From positions 1-18,102 of the forward strand of contig JBGQEL010000087.1 in NCBI GenBank assembly GCA_041496385.1: a stretch of DNA of 18,102 bases, given 5' to 3'. Origin of the DNA: Candidatus Methylomirabilia bacterium. Lineage in GTDB: Bacteria; Methylomirabilota; Methylomirabilia; Rokubacteriales; CSP1-6. Of this stretch, positions 1 through 11,152 are shown in pieces. The stretch's first letter is position 1; each line of letters begins with the position of its first letter. The notes beneath the pieces are model-generated. The model saw nothing but the letters and a program-made list of their open reading frames with translations. It ran no database searches and was not told the origin of the DNA. Position numbers and translations under genes: made by a program.

Positions 1-161
1 ACGAACGCTAGCAAGCCCATGACCTCAGGCGAGTAACGGCGATAACCGGACCGTGTGCGCCGGGCCGGCGGTAGAATGCCGCGCGCCTCGTATAGCCGTA
101 AGGCCTTGCGGCTCAGGCCGCTCCGCGCTGCGACCTCCCCGATGAATAGCCCCTGCTCCAT
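1..161 (-). CDS. MerR-family transcriptional regulator, N-terminal HTH domain (partial, runs off the left edge)
   Basis: Manual translation of the minus strand from ATG at 161 gives MEQGLFIGEVAARSGLSRKALRLYEARGILPPARRTRSGYRRYSPEVMGLLAFV..., the MerR winged-HTH signature (IGEVA..SG.S..ALR.YE..G.L.P.RR..SGYRRY). Not in the ORF track. The metal-binding C-terminus lies outside the window, so the subfamily is undetermined. Confidence 0.93.
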   Translation of the reverse strand, partial: MEQGLFIGEVAARSGLSRKALRLYEARGILPPARRTRSGYRRYSPEVMGLLAF

Positions 162-167
162 GAGGGC

Positions 168-199
168 AGGATAGAGCCGGCCCCAGGGGACAAGGTCAA
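168..199 (-). promoter_or_regulatory. MerR-type long-spacer sigma70 promoter (-35 TTGACC, 20 bp, -10 TATCCT) with an imperfect dyad operator; predicted leaderless merR transcript
   Basis: The minus strand reads TTGACC (199-194), 20 nt, TATCCT (173-168), 6 nt, ATG (161). An imperfect 22-bp dyad ACCTTGTCCC-CT-GGGGCCGGCT (196-175) starts within the -35 element, as in MerR-family operators. Confidence 0.72.
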
Positions 200-282
200 G
201 AGCGTTGTTTCGGCCTAGGATTCAAACGGAGACACTACCCGCTCAACAGAGTAGGGGTGCATCGAGCCTGATGGGGGGTAAG

Positions 283-549
283 ATGAGCATCAGCATGTCG
301 TGGACACGCCTGCTCGCCCTGGTCGCGCTCGCTGTGTGGGTCCTGGTCGGCCCCATCGCCATGGCGTTTGACGCCTGCGACGCGTGCGACGGGTGGAGCT
401 GCATCGTCTCCGTGACGGCCGCGCCGGTCGAGGTCTTCTCGCTGCCCCTGGTCGTCGCTGGCGTCACTGCCGTGCTCCGCGATCGAGTCCTTCCGGCTGC
501 GCTGAACATCCTCGAACCTCCTCCCAAGTCCCTCCTCCGCTCCGCGTAG
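283..549 (+). CDS. Small exported Cys-motif protein, DUF2946/CutF/CruR-like putative regulatory leader ORF
   Basis: MSISMSWTRLLALVALAVWVLVGPIAMA|FDACDACDGWSC...LEPPPKSLLRSA. It has a hydrophobic N-terminal helix ending in an AxA site, CxxC-x4-C (codons at 376, 385, 400) and a C-terminal PPP (517-525). It lies directly upstream of cusA. The start is uncertain (in-frame ATGs at 271, 283, 295); the TTG at 205 from the ORF track is unlikely. Confidence 0.7.
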   Translation: MSISMSWTRLLALVALAVWVLVGPIAMAFDACDACDGWSCIVSVTAAPVEVFSLPLVVAGVTAVLRDRVLPAALNILEPPPKSLLRSA

Positions 550-646
550 CTCGCTCGAAGTTCCGTCCTGAATAGCACTGGTCGCGGGCCCCCTCCGTCC
601 GCTCGTCGCGGCATGGCCGGCCTCCGACTCGGGGAGGAGCACATTC

Positions 647-649
<3 letters not shown>
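517..649 (+). promoter_or_regulatory. cusA ribosome-binding site with competing anti-SD sequences (putative translational attenuator)
   Basis: SD GGGAGGAG at 632-639 precedes GTG at 647. CTCCTCCC (518-525, the PPP codons) is its exact 8-nt complement. CTCCTCC (532-538) matches 7 nt, and CCTCC (621-625) can form a local hairpin with GGAGG (633-637). Confidence 0.5.
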
Positions 650-3786
<3,137 letters not shown>

Positions 3787-3787
<1 letters not shown>

Positions 3788-4200
3788 TGATTGGACGCAT
3801 CGCGAGACTCATGCTGGCGCTGGGGCTGCTCGGGGGGCTGGTGGCCACGGCCTCTGGAGCCGATCTCAAGACGATCCACACGCAGAAGACGAAGGACTTC
3901 GTCGTCACGCTCACGAGCGAATCGGGGCAGTGGACGAAGGGGAAGAACGAGTTCGTTCTCGAGTTCACGCCGGTGAAGGATGCGCGGCCCGTGGACGTCG
4001 GGAAGGTCTCGCTCACCACGAGCATGGCGATGCCCGGCATGGCGCCGATGATCGCCGGCGCGACCATTACGGCCGACAAGACGCCCGGCCGGTATCGCGG
4101 CGCCATCAGCTTCCCCGACCTCGGCGCCCGTCAGGTGACGGTGAGCTGGGACGGCCCGGCGGGCAAGGGCTCCGTCCGCTTCTCCGTGAACGTGAGATAG
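3787..4200 (+). CDS. YtkA/FixH-like periplasmic protein with Met-rich motif (putative Cu(I) chaperone)
   Basis: This is the C-terminal part of ORF 1321..4200. The likely start is ATG 3787 (alternative 3784), overlapping the cusA stop, with SD AGGAGG at 3775-3780. About 137 aa, with a Sec signal (MIGRIARLMLALGLLGGLVATASG), a beta-rich body with GxN, the motif SMAMPGMAPM and PGRY, typical of YtkA-like Ig-fold proteins. Confidence 0.85.
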
Positions 4201-4209
4201 GGCGGCGTC

Positions 4210-5493
4210 ATGCGAGCGATAGCGGCTCTCCTGCTCGGCGCGTTGTCGCTGCTCCCGGCGGTCGTCGCGGGTCAGCCTTCGGGCACCACGGACTTCACCG
4301 TCGACGAGCTGGTCGCGCGCGCCCTGGCGGAGAACGGCGAGCTGCGGGCCGTACGCGCCGAGGTGGACGCAGCGGTCGGACGGCTCAGACAGGCCGGGTT
4401 CAGACCCAACCCGATGCTGGACCTCGGCGGCCAGCAGAACGTCGCAGGCCCCGACAACAACATCACGATCGGCCTGACGCTCCCGCTCGACCTCAACGGC
4501 CGGAAGGAAGGGCGAGTTGGCGTAGCCGAGCGCGAGCTCGAGCTGAAGCGGGCTCAGCTCGCGGACCGCGAGCGGAAACTCCGGGCCGAGGTGCGCGCCA
4601 AGGCCGGCGAGCTGCTGGCCGCCCGCCGCAACCTTGGATTCACCGAGGAACTTCTGCAGGTCAATCGCCGGGCGCTCGACGTGGTCGGCGAGCGCGCCCG
4701 GCTGGGCGCCGTCCCGGCGCTCGACGCAGCGCTGACGCACGTCGAGGTCAACCGGCTCGACGCGAGCCGCGCCATCCTCGCGAGCCGCGTGGAGATCCTG
4801 GCCCTCCAGCTGAGGGCACTCACCGGGTTCGCGCCCGCCGTCCCGCTGTCGCTGAAGGGCGACTTGAACCCCGTCCCCGTGTGGCTCGACCGCGCTGCGG
4901 GTGTCGCACGAGCCCTCGCCAAGCGAGGCGACGCCGCGGCCGCGCGGGCGGAGGTCGCCACAGCCCTGGCGCGAATCCGCAAGGAGCGGGCCGAGGGGCG
5001 CTGGGACGCGAGCGTCAGCGTCGGCTACCAGCGTCAGGAAACCGGGTTCGGTCTGATGGGGATCACCGATCGCGGCGGCACGCGCGCGATCCAGGACACC
5101 TTCCACTTCGTCGGGGGCGGGCTCAGCATCACGCTCCCCCTCAGGAATCGAAACGAGGGAAACGTCAGCGCCGCGGCGGCGGAGGCCCGCGCGGCGGAGC
5201 GCCGGCTCGAGTTTCTGACGCTGGTCATCCGCCAGGAGGTGGAAGCGGCATTCACCCAATGGGAGGCCGCGGAGCGGGCCCTCGCCATCTACGCGCGGGG
5301 CGTGCGTGAGCTGGCCCGCCAGAACCTCGACGTGGTCCGGAAGGCGTACGAGCTGGGGCGGACCTCGCTGCTCGACGTGATCGCCGAGCAGCGTCGGTAC
5401 ATCGAAATCGAGACAGGCTACACGGAGTCCTTGAAGCTTGTCTATGACGCCGCGGCGGAGCTCGAGCGCGCCCTCGGCGGGACCGGCGACTGA
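4210..5493 (+). CDS. TolC-family outer membrane efflux factor (CzcC/CusC-like)
   Basis: 427 aa with a signal peptide and two outer-membrane efflux protein repeats (RQAGFRPNPML; LSITLPLRNRNEGN; AYELGRTSLLDVI). It lies within the RND operon. Confidence 0.93.
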   Translation: MRAIAALLLGALSLLPAVVAGQPSGTTDFTVDELVARALAENGELRAVRAEVDAAVGRLRQAGFRPNPMLDLGGQQNVAGPDNNITIGLTLPLDLNGRKEGRVGVAERELELKRAQLADRERKLRAEVRAKAGELLAARRNLGFTEELLQVNRRALDVVGERARLGAVPALDAALTHVEVNRLDASRAILASRVEILALQLRALTGFAPAVPLSLKGDLNPVPVWLDRAAGVARALAKRGDAAAARAEVATALARIRKERAEGRWDASVSVGYQRQETGFGLMGITDRGGTRAIQDTFHFVGGGLSITLPLRNRNEGNVSAAAAEARAAERRLEFLTLVIRQEVEAAFTQWEAAERALAIYARGVRELARQNLDVVRKAYELGRTSLLDVIAEQRRYIEIETGYTESLKLVYDAAAELERALGGTGD

Positions 5494-5507
5494 GGCGGAG
5501 GGAAACC

Positions 5508-6722
5508 ATGAGTCGACTGATCACAACGCTCGGGGCGGTCGTGCTGGTGGCCGCGGGCGCCGCGGGTGGCTTCTACTGGAGCGAGGCCAGGCGTGCTGCG
5601 CCGCCTGCGGCCCCGGCGGCCCCCGAAGCGCCCGCCGCCGCGCGGCCGGCCGGCGACGAGCCGGTCGAGGTCGCGCTGACGCCGGAGGCGATCGCGCGGG
5701 CGGGCATCAAGGTCGCGCCCGCGCGGACGGCGCGGCTGGCGGGGACGATGGGCCTTCCGGGCACCGTGACGTCGAACGCCTATCGCGAGACGCGCGTGAA
5801 CGCGCTCGTCGGCGGCGTGGCAACGCGCGTGACGGCGGAGCTGGGGAGTCGGGCGAAGCGCGGAGAGCCGCTCGCGGTCATCTTCAGCACCGAGCTGGCC
5901 GACGCGCAAATGAGGTACCTGGGCATGCAGGCCTCGTTCCGCGCCGACCATCAGAAGCTCGAGCGGACCGAGCAGCTGGTCACCGTGGGCGCGGCCAGCC
6001 GGCAGGAGCTCGAGGAAATCACGGCCACGCACGAGGCCCACGAGACGGAGCTGGCAGCCGCGCGCCAGCGGCTACTCCTGCTCGGACTGGCGCCACAACA
6101 GGTCGCGGAGATCCGCAACGCGTCCCAGATCGTGTCCGAGGTGGTCGTGCGCGCGCCGGGCGACGGCGTCGTGATCACACGCAGCGTGAACCCGGGCCAG
6201 GTCGTCTCTGCGGGGCAGGACCTATTCGTGGTGACGGATCTCACCACGGTGTGGATCGTCGGCGACGCCTACGAAAGGGACTTCGGCGCCCTGCGCGTCG
6301 GCCAGGAGGCGACGATCAGCGTGCCGGCCTACCCGGGTACGGTGCGCCAGGGCCTCGTCGGGTACATTGATCCCCGCGTGGATCCGCAGGCGCGCACCGC
6401 AAAAGTGCGCGTCGAGGTGCCGAACCCGGACGGGCTCCTCCGTCTCGGGATGTTCGTCACCATGAGCGTGCGGAGCCGCGCGGGCGCGCCGGTCACCGTC
6501 GTGCCACGGAGCGCAGTCCAGTCCCTCGGTGAGCGCGCCGTGGTCTACGTCGCCGTACCCGGCGAGGAGGGACGCTTCGTCGAGCGTCCGGTGCGACTGG
6601 GCGCCGCGGTCGGCGACGCGATCGAGGTGCTCGAGGGCGTGAAACCCGGCGAACAGGTCGTGGTCGAGGGCAGCTTCTTCCTCCGCGCCGAGGCCACGCG
6701 GTCGGGCGCTCGCGGTGGCTAG
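5508..6722 (+). CDS. RND efflux periplasmic adaptor / membrane fusion protein (CzcB/CusB-like)
   Basis: 404 aa with an N-terminal anchor, lipoyl-like halves (GSRAKRGEPLAVIFSTEL; VRAPGDGVVITRSVNPGQVV), IDPRVDPQARTAKVRVEVPNPDGLLRLGMFV and EVLEGVKPGEQVVVEGSF. SD GGAGGG is upstream. Confidence 0.95.
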   Translation: MSRLITTLGAVVLVAAGAAGGFYWSEARRAAPPAAPAAPEAPAAARPAGDEPVEVALTPEAIARAGIKVAPARTARLAGTMGLPGTVTSNAYRETRVNALVGGVATRVTAELGSRAKRGEPLAVIFSTELADAQMRYLGMQASFRADHQKLERTEQLVTVGAASRQELEEITATHEAHETELAAARQRLLLLGLAPQQVAEIRNASQIVSEVVVRAPGDGVVITRSVNPGQVVSAGQDLFVVTDLTTVWIVGDAYERDFGALRVGQEATISVPAYPGTVRQGLVGYIDPRVDPQARTAKVRVEVPNPDGLLRLGMFVTMSVRSRAGAPVTVVPRSAVQSLGERAVVYVAVPGEEGRFVERPVRLGAAVGDAIEVLEGVKPGEQVVVEGSFFLRAEATRSGARGG

Positions 6723-6742
6723 CCCGCACAACGAAACGCGCC

Positions 6743-6771
6743 TTGATTCCTCGGAAGCCTCCGGCTAGACT
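6743..6771 (+). promoter_or_regulatory. sigma70-type promoter for the SBP-amidohydrolase-SBP unit
   Basis: TTGATT (6743-6748), 17 bp, TAGACT (6766-6771), located in the intergenic gap and followed by SD GGAGGGAG before ATG 6810. Confidence 0.65.
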
Positions 6772-6809
6772 CGCGAGCGCCTACCCGGAGACTGCGGAGG
6801 GAGACGCCC

Positions 6810-8339
6810 ATGAAGCGTGGGCTCCGAACGGTCGTGCTGCTCCTCGTCCTCGCGTCGCCGTTCGCGACGCCCGCCGGCGCGCAGCAGCCCGGCGTCATGA
6901 CGTTCGGCGTCCACGTCACGCTCGCGACACGGTGGCTCGATCCGGCGGAGACCGACTCCGAGATCACGCCGTTCATGATCCTCTACGCGCTCCACGACGC
7001 GCTGGTCAAGCCGATGCCCGCGAGCCTGAACGCGCCGAGCCTGGCCGAGTCGTGGAGCGTCTCCAAGGACGGGCGCACGTGGGAGTTCGTGCTCCGCAAG
7101 GGTGCCCGCTTCCACAACGGCGATCCCGTCACCGCCGAGGACGTGCGGTTCTCCTTCGAGCGCTACCGGGGCGCCGCCTCGCCCATCTTGAAGGAGCGGG
7201 TGCGCGAGGTTCAGGTGGTGGACCCGGGCCGCGTGCGCTTCCACCTCAGAGAGCCCTGGCCCGACTTCATGACGTTCTACGGCACCAGCGCGTCCGGTGC
7301 CGCCTGGATCGTGCCCAAGAAGTACGTCGAGCGGGTCGGCGACGACGGCTTCCGCAAGGCGCCCGTCGGCGCCGGCCCGTACAAGTTCGTGAGCTTCCAG
7401 CCCGGGATCGAGCTGGTCCTGGAGGCCTTCGACGGCTACTGGCGCAAGGCGCCGAGCGTGAAGCGCCTCGTGTTGCGCAGCATTCCCGACGAGTCGACGC
7501 GCGCGGCGGCGCTCAAGCGCGGCGAGATCGACGTCGCCTACTACCTCAACGGGCCGGTCGCCGAGGAGGTCCGGCGCACGCCGGGCCTCACGCTGACCGC
7601 GATGCGCACGAACGGCGTCCTGTTCCTCATGTTCCCCGACCAGTGGACGGCGGGCTCGCCCTGGGCCGACCGCCGCCTGCGGATGGCGGTGAGCCTCGCC
7701 ATCGACCGCCAGGCCATCAACGAGGCCGAGTCGCTGGGATTCTCGGGACCCACGGGCAGCGTCGTCCCGCGCCACCAGGAATTCGCGCTCCCCGTCGCAC
7801 CCGACCCCTACGACCCCAAGCGCGCGAAGGCGCTGCTCGCCGAGGCCGGCTACCCCAACGGGCTCGACGCCGGCGAGTTCACGCCCTTTCCCCCGTACAA
7901 CTCGATGGGCGAGGCCATCGCGAACTATCTCTCCGCGGTCGGCATCCGGACGCGCGTGCGGACCATGGAGCGCGCGGCGCTGCTCTCGGCCTGGCGCGAC
8001 AAGCGGCTCAAGGGGCTCTTCGTCGGCGCGACCGGCTCCGCCGGTAACGCCTCGACGCGCATCGAGGCGCTCGCCACCGCCAAGGGCGTGCTCTCGTACG
8101 GGAGCGTCCCGGAGATCGAGAGCCTGTTCCAGGCGCAGCTCCAGGAGCCGGACCGCAAGAAGCGCGAGGAGATGCTTCACCAGATCCAGCGCGCGATCGC
8201 CGAGCGCGCGATCTTCGCGCCGATCTGGGAGAACGGCTTCATCCGCGCCTACGGGCCCCGCGTTGAGGAGGCCGGGCTCATGCTGATCCCGTCCTTTCCG
8301 TACTCGGGGCCGCTGGAGGACCTGCGCCTGAAGAAGTAG
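6810..8339 (+). CDS. ABC transporter solute-binding protein, family 5 (DppA/OppA/NikA-like)
   Basis: 509 aa with a Sec signal and motifs PSLAESW, LRKGARFHNGDPVTAEDVRFSF, PVGAGPYKF, AIDRQAI and AKALLAEAGYPNG. Confidence 0.95.
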   Translation: MKRGLRTVVLLLVLASPFATPAGAQQPGVMTFGVHVTLATRWLDPAETDSEITPFMILYALHDALVKPMPASLNAPSLAESWSVSKDGRTWEFVLRKGARFHNGDPVTAEDVRFSFERYRGAASPILKERVREVQVVDPGRVRFHLREPWPDFMTFYGTSASGAAWIVPKKYVERVGDDGFRKAPVGAGPYKFVSFQPGIELVLEAFDGYWRKAPSVKRLVLRSIPDESTRAAALKRGEIDVAYYLNGPVAEEVRRTPGLTLTAMRTNGVLFLMFPDQWTAGSPWADRRLRMAVSLAIDRQAINEAESLGFSGPTGSVVPRHQEFALPVAPDPYDPKRAKALLAEAGYPNGLDAGEFTPFPPYNSMGEAIANYLSAVGIRTRVRTMERAALLSAWRDKRLKGLFVGATGSAGNASTRIEALATAKGVLSYGSVPEIESLFQAQLQEPDRKKREEMLHQIQRAIAERAIFAPIWENGFIRAYGPRVEEAGLMLIPSFPYSGPLEDLRLKK

Positions 8340-8370
8340 GCGCGGGGTAGGGGAGGAGACGACACCGGCG

Positions 8371-9510
8371 ATGGACTACGCGATGATCTCGGCCGACGAC
8401 CACCTGGATCTCCAGTACCTGCCGGCCGATCTCTGGACGGCGCGTCTCCCGTCGTCCCTCCGCGACCGCGCCCCGCACGTCGAGCACCGCGACGGCGCCG
8501 CCCTCTGGGTCTGCGACGGCGGGGTGTGGGGACGCTGGGCGGGGCGGCCGCGCCCCGCGGGGCCCCGGCCGTTCTTCAACGCGTTCGACCGCGGCGGCGT
8601 CGACGACACGGAGCTCCGCCCGGCGAACGCGCGGCTCCGGCTCGCCGACATGGACCGTGATGGCGTCGAGGCGCAGGTCATGTACGGGCCCGTGAGCTCC
8701 ATGACGGTCGACGATCCCGCGCTGCGTGCGGCGACGCTTCAGGCGTACAACGACTGGCTGATCGAGTTCTGCTCGGCCGCGCCGCGCCGCCTCATCGGTG
8801 CCGCGATCCTGCCGCCGGAGAATCCCGCGGCGGCCCGCGACGAGGTCTACCGGCTGGCGAAGCAGGGCGGCGTGCGCCAGGCCAATCTCCAGATTGCCGG
8901 CGCGACGCCGCGCATCCACGATCGGGCGTGGGAGCCCGTCTGGACGGCGTTCGAGGAGACGGGCCTTCTCCTCTCGTTCCACGTCGTCGTCTTCGGCGTC
9001 GGCGGTACTCTGATCGGCATGCCCGCCGATCTTCACGACAGGACGGCGAGCGTCTTCAACACGACGAAGCTCTTCATGGGCCAGTTCCTCGACCCGTTCG
9101 TCGATCTCTTCGCCTGGGGCATCCTCGAGCGGCATCCGAAGCTCAGGCTGGTGATGGCCGAGAGCGGTGTCGGCTGGCTGCCGTGGATCGTCCAGGAGCT
9201 GGACTACCGGTTCTGGCGCCTGAACGAGGCCAGGGAATACTGGGACCAGCGCGGCGGCATCGACCTGACGCTGAAGCCCAGCGAGCTGTTTCGGCGTCAG
9301 GTGTGGGTGTCCTTCCAGGAAGACCACGTGGCGATGTCGCTGCTGCCCTTCTACGGCGAGGGCCACCTGCTCTGGGCCTCGGACTACCCGCACCCCGACA
9401 GCACCTGGCCCAATTCGCGGCAGATCGTCGAGAAGCAGATGGGCCACCTCTCGCCAGATGTCCGCCGCCGGCTCACGCGCGACAACGCCGCGGCGCTCTA
9501 CGGCCTCTGA
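8371..9510 (+). CDS. Amidohydrolase-2 family metal-dependent hydrolase/decarboxylase
   Basis: 379 aa with motifs ISADDH, RLADMDRDGVEAQVMY, AYNDWL.EFC, SFHV, ERHPKLRLVMAESGVGW and LWASDYPHPDSTWP. Confidence 0.93.
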   Translation: MDYAMISADDHLDLQYLPADLWTARLPSSLRDRAPHVEHRDGAALWVCDGGVWGRWAGRPRPAGPRPFFNAFDRGGVDDTELRPANARLRLADMDRDGVEAQVMYGPVSSMTVDDPALRAATLQAYNDWLIEFCSAAPRRLIGAAILPPENPAAARDEVYRLAKQGGVRQANLQIAGATPRIHDRAWEPVWTAFEETGLLLSFHVVVFGVGGTLIGMPADLHDRTASVFNTTKLFMGQFLDPFVDLFAWGILERHPKLRLVMAESGVGWLPWIVQELDYRFWRLNEAREYWDQRGGIDLTLKPSELFRRQVWVSFQEDHVAMSLLPFYGEGHLLWASDYPHPDSTWPNSRQIVEKQMGHLSPDVRRRLTRDNAAALYGL

Positions 9511-9529
9511 GGGCGCGCGCGGTGGCGTC

Positions 9530-11146
9530 ATGATCACGCGTCGCCGGCTCCTCGTCCGAGGCGCCGCGGCCGCCGCCGCAGCGCTCGCGCCGCGCCGCGC
9601 CGCTGCGCAGACGCCGAAGCGCGGCGGCACGCTCAGCCTGCGGCTCTGGGATCCGCCGCACTGGGATCCGTACCTGATCCTCGCGTTCCGGACGCAGATC
9701 CCGTACACGTTCACGCACAGCCGGCTCGTCCGGCACCGGGCCGGCCCTTCGATTGCGCCCGGCACCTTCACCATCGAAGGGGACCTCGCCGAGTCGTGGA
9801 GCCAGCCGGACGACACGACCTACGTCTTCAAGCTGCGCAAGGGCGTGCGCTTCCATCCCAAGCCCCCGGTGAACGGCCGCGAGCTGACCGCCGAGGACGT
9901 CGTCTACTCGATGGAGCGCTTTCGCACGGTGAAGGGCAACCCGCAGGCCTACATGCTGGCCGCGGTAGACAAGGTCGAGGCCGTCGATCGGTACACGGTG
10001 CGCTTCACGGTCAAGGAACCCTTCGCCTGGTTCCTCGACATGCTCGCGAACCCGGTGACGCTGGCCATCGTCGCGCGGGAGTGCGTGGACCGGTTCGGCG
10101 ATCTGAAGAAGGCCGAGGCGACCGTGGGCACCGGGCCGTGGATGCTCGACGGCTACCGGCCGGGCGTCGGCTACACGCTCGTCCGGCACCCGGGCTACTT
10201 CCTCCCCGGGCTGCCCTACATCGACCGGATCGACGTCACCGTCGACGAGGACAACGCCTCGCGGATGGCCGCCTTCCTCTCGGGCAAGTACGACCTCGGG
10301 TGGGAGAACACGGGCGCGGTCAATCGCACCGACTGGAACGTGATGAAGGACCGGCTCCGGCAGCTCCGGCCGAATCTGCGGACCGCCGAGTTCCCGAGCA
10401 ACGTGGGCTATCGCGTCTTCATGCGGACCGACAAGGCGCCGTTCTCGGACGTGCGCGTGCGCCGCGCGATCTCCCACGCGCTGAACCGCCAGGAGGTCAT
10501 CGAGGTGGTCGGCGACGGCGTGGGGCGGGTGAACGGCGCGGTGCCCGTCGCGCTCAAGGACTGGGCGCTGCCGGTGGACGAGCTCGGCGAGGGCGCGCGC
10601 TACTACCGCCACGATCCGGCCGAGGCCCGGCGCCTCCTGGCCGAGGCCGGCCACCCGCGCGGCTTCGCGACCGTGATGGACTTCAACAACTACGGCCAGA
10701 CGTTCATGGACGACGCGATCCAGGTGATCCTCCGGGATCTCAAGGCCGTGGGGATCGAGGCGAGGCTCAACGTCAAGGAGTACGGCGCGTACATCTCGAC
10801 GAGCGCGGTCGGGAACTACGAGGGGATGTACTACGGCGCGACGCCGTTCATCGATCCCGACAACTACCTCTACACCAACTTCTACCCGAACCAGCCGCGC
10901 AACGTCTCCAAGGTCAACGACCCGACGCTCACCGACTTGCTGACGCGCCAGCGGCGCACGCGGGACGTCGCGTCGCGCCGGCGGCTGATCCACGAGATCC
11001 AGCGCCACGTCGCGAGCCAGCAGTACATCATGGAGATCTACTCACCCGTCACGATCTTCGTCTGGGACGCCGCCGTCAGGAACTACGGCCCCAACCTCGG
11101 CTACGACTACGGCGGCCGGCTCCTCGCCGCCTGGCTCGACCGCTGA
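9530..11146 (+). CDS. ABC transporter solute-binding protein, family 5, with a Tat-type signal peptide
   Basis: The start is reassigned to ATG 9530 (MITRRRLLVRGAAAAAAALAPRRAAAQ, twin-arginine motif), giving 538 aa. Motifs include PKRGGTL, GDLAESW, LRKGVRFH..PPVNGRELTAEDVVYS, VGTGPW and PFSDVRVRRAIS. Confidence 0.93.
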   Translation: MITRRRLLVRGAAAAAAALAPRRAAAQTPKRGGTLSLRLWDPPHWDPYLILAFRTQIPYTFTHSRLVRHRAGPSIAPGTFTIEGDLAESWSQPDDTTYVFKLRKGVRFHPKPPVNGRELTAEDVVYSMERFRTVKGNPQAYMLAAVDKVEAVDRYTVRFTVKEPFAWFLDMLANPVTLAIVARECVDRFGDLKKAEATVGTGPWMLDGYRPGVGYTLVRHPGYFLPGLPYIDRIDVTVDEDNASRMAAFLSGKYDLGWENTGAVNRTDWNVMKDRLRQLRPNLRTAEFPSNVGYRVFMRTDKAPFSDVRVRRAISHALNRQEVIEVVGDGVGRVNGAVPVALKDWALPVDELGEGARYYRHDPAEARRLLAEAGHPRGFATVMDFNNYGQTFMDDAIQVILRDLKAVGIEARLNVKEYGAYISTSAVGNYEGMYYGATPFIDPDNYLYTNFYPNQPRNVSKVNDPTLTDLLTRQRRTRDVASRRRLIHEIQRHVASQQYIMEIYSPVTIFVWDAAVRNYGPNLGYDYGGRLLAAWLDR

Positions 11147-11152
11147 CCTCGC

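Noticed and set aside
205..282. TTG-initiated N-terminal extension of the leader ORF
   Set aside because: There is no SD and it would bury the signal peptide. The ATGs at 271, 283 or 295 fit better.
257..284. Possible rightward promoter GTGCAT-N16-TAAGAT for the leader/cus operon
   Set aside because: The -10 is plausible but the -35 is weak, and it conflicts with starts at 271/283. It is not well enough supported to list as a feature.
5595..5660. GC-rich quasi-repeats (APPAAPAAPEAPAAARPA) in the adaptor gene
   Set aside because: This is an ordinary Ala/Pro linker, not a DNA repeat element.
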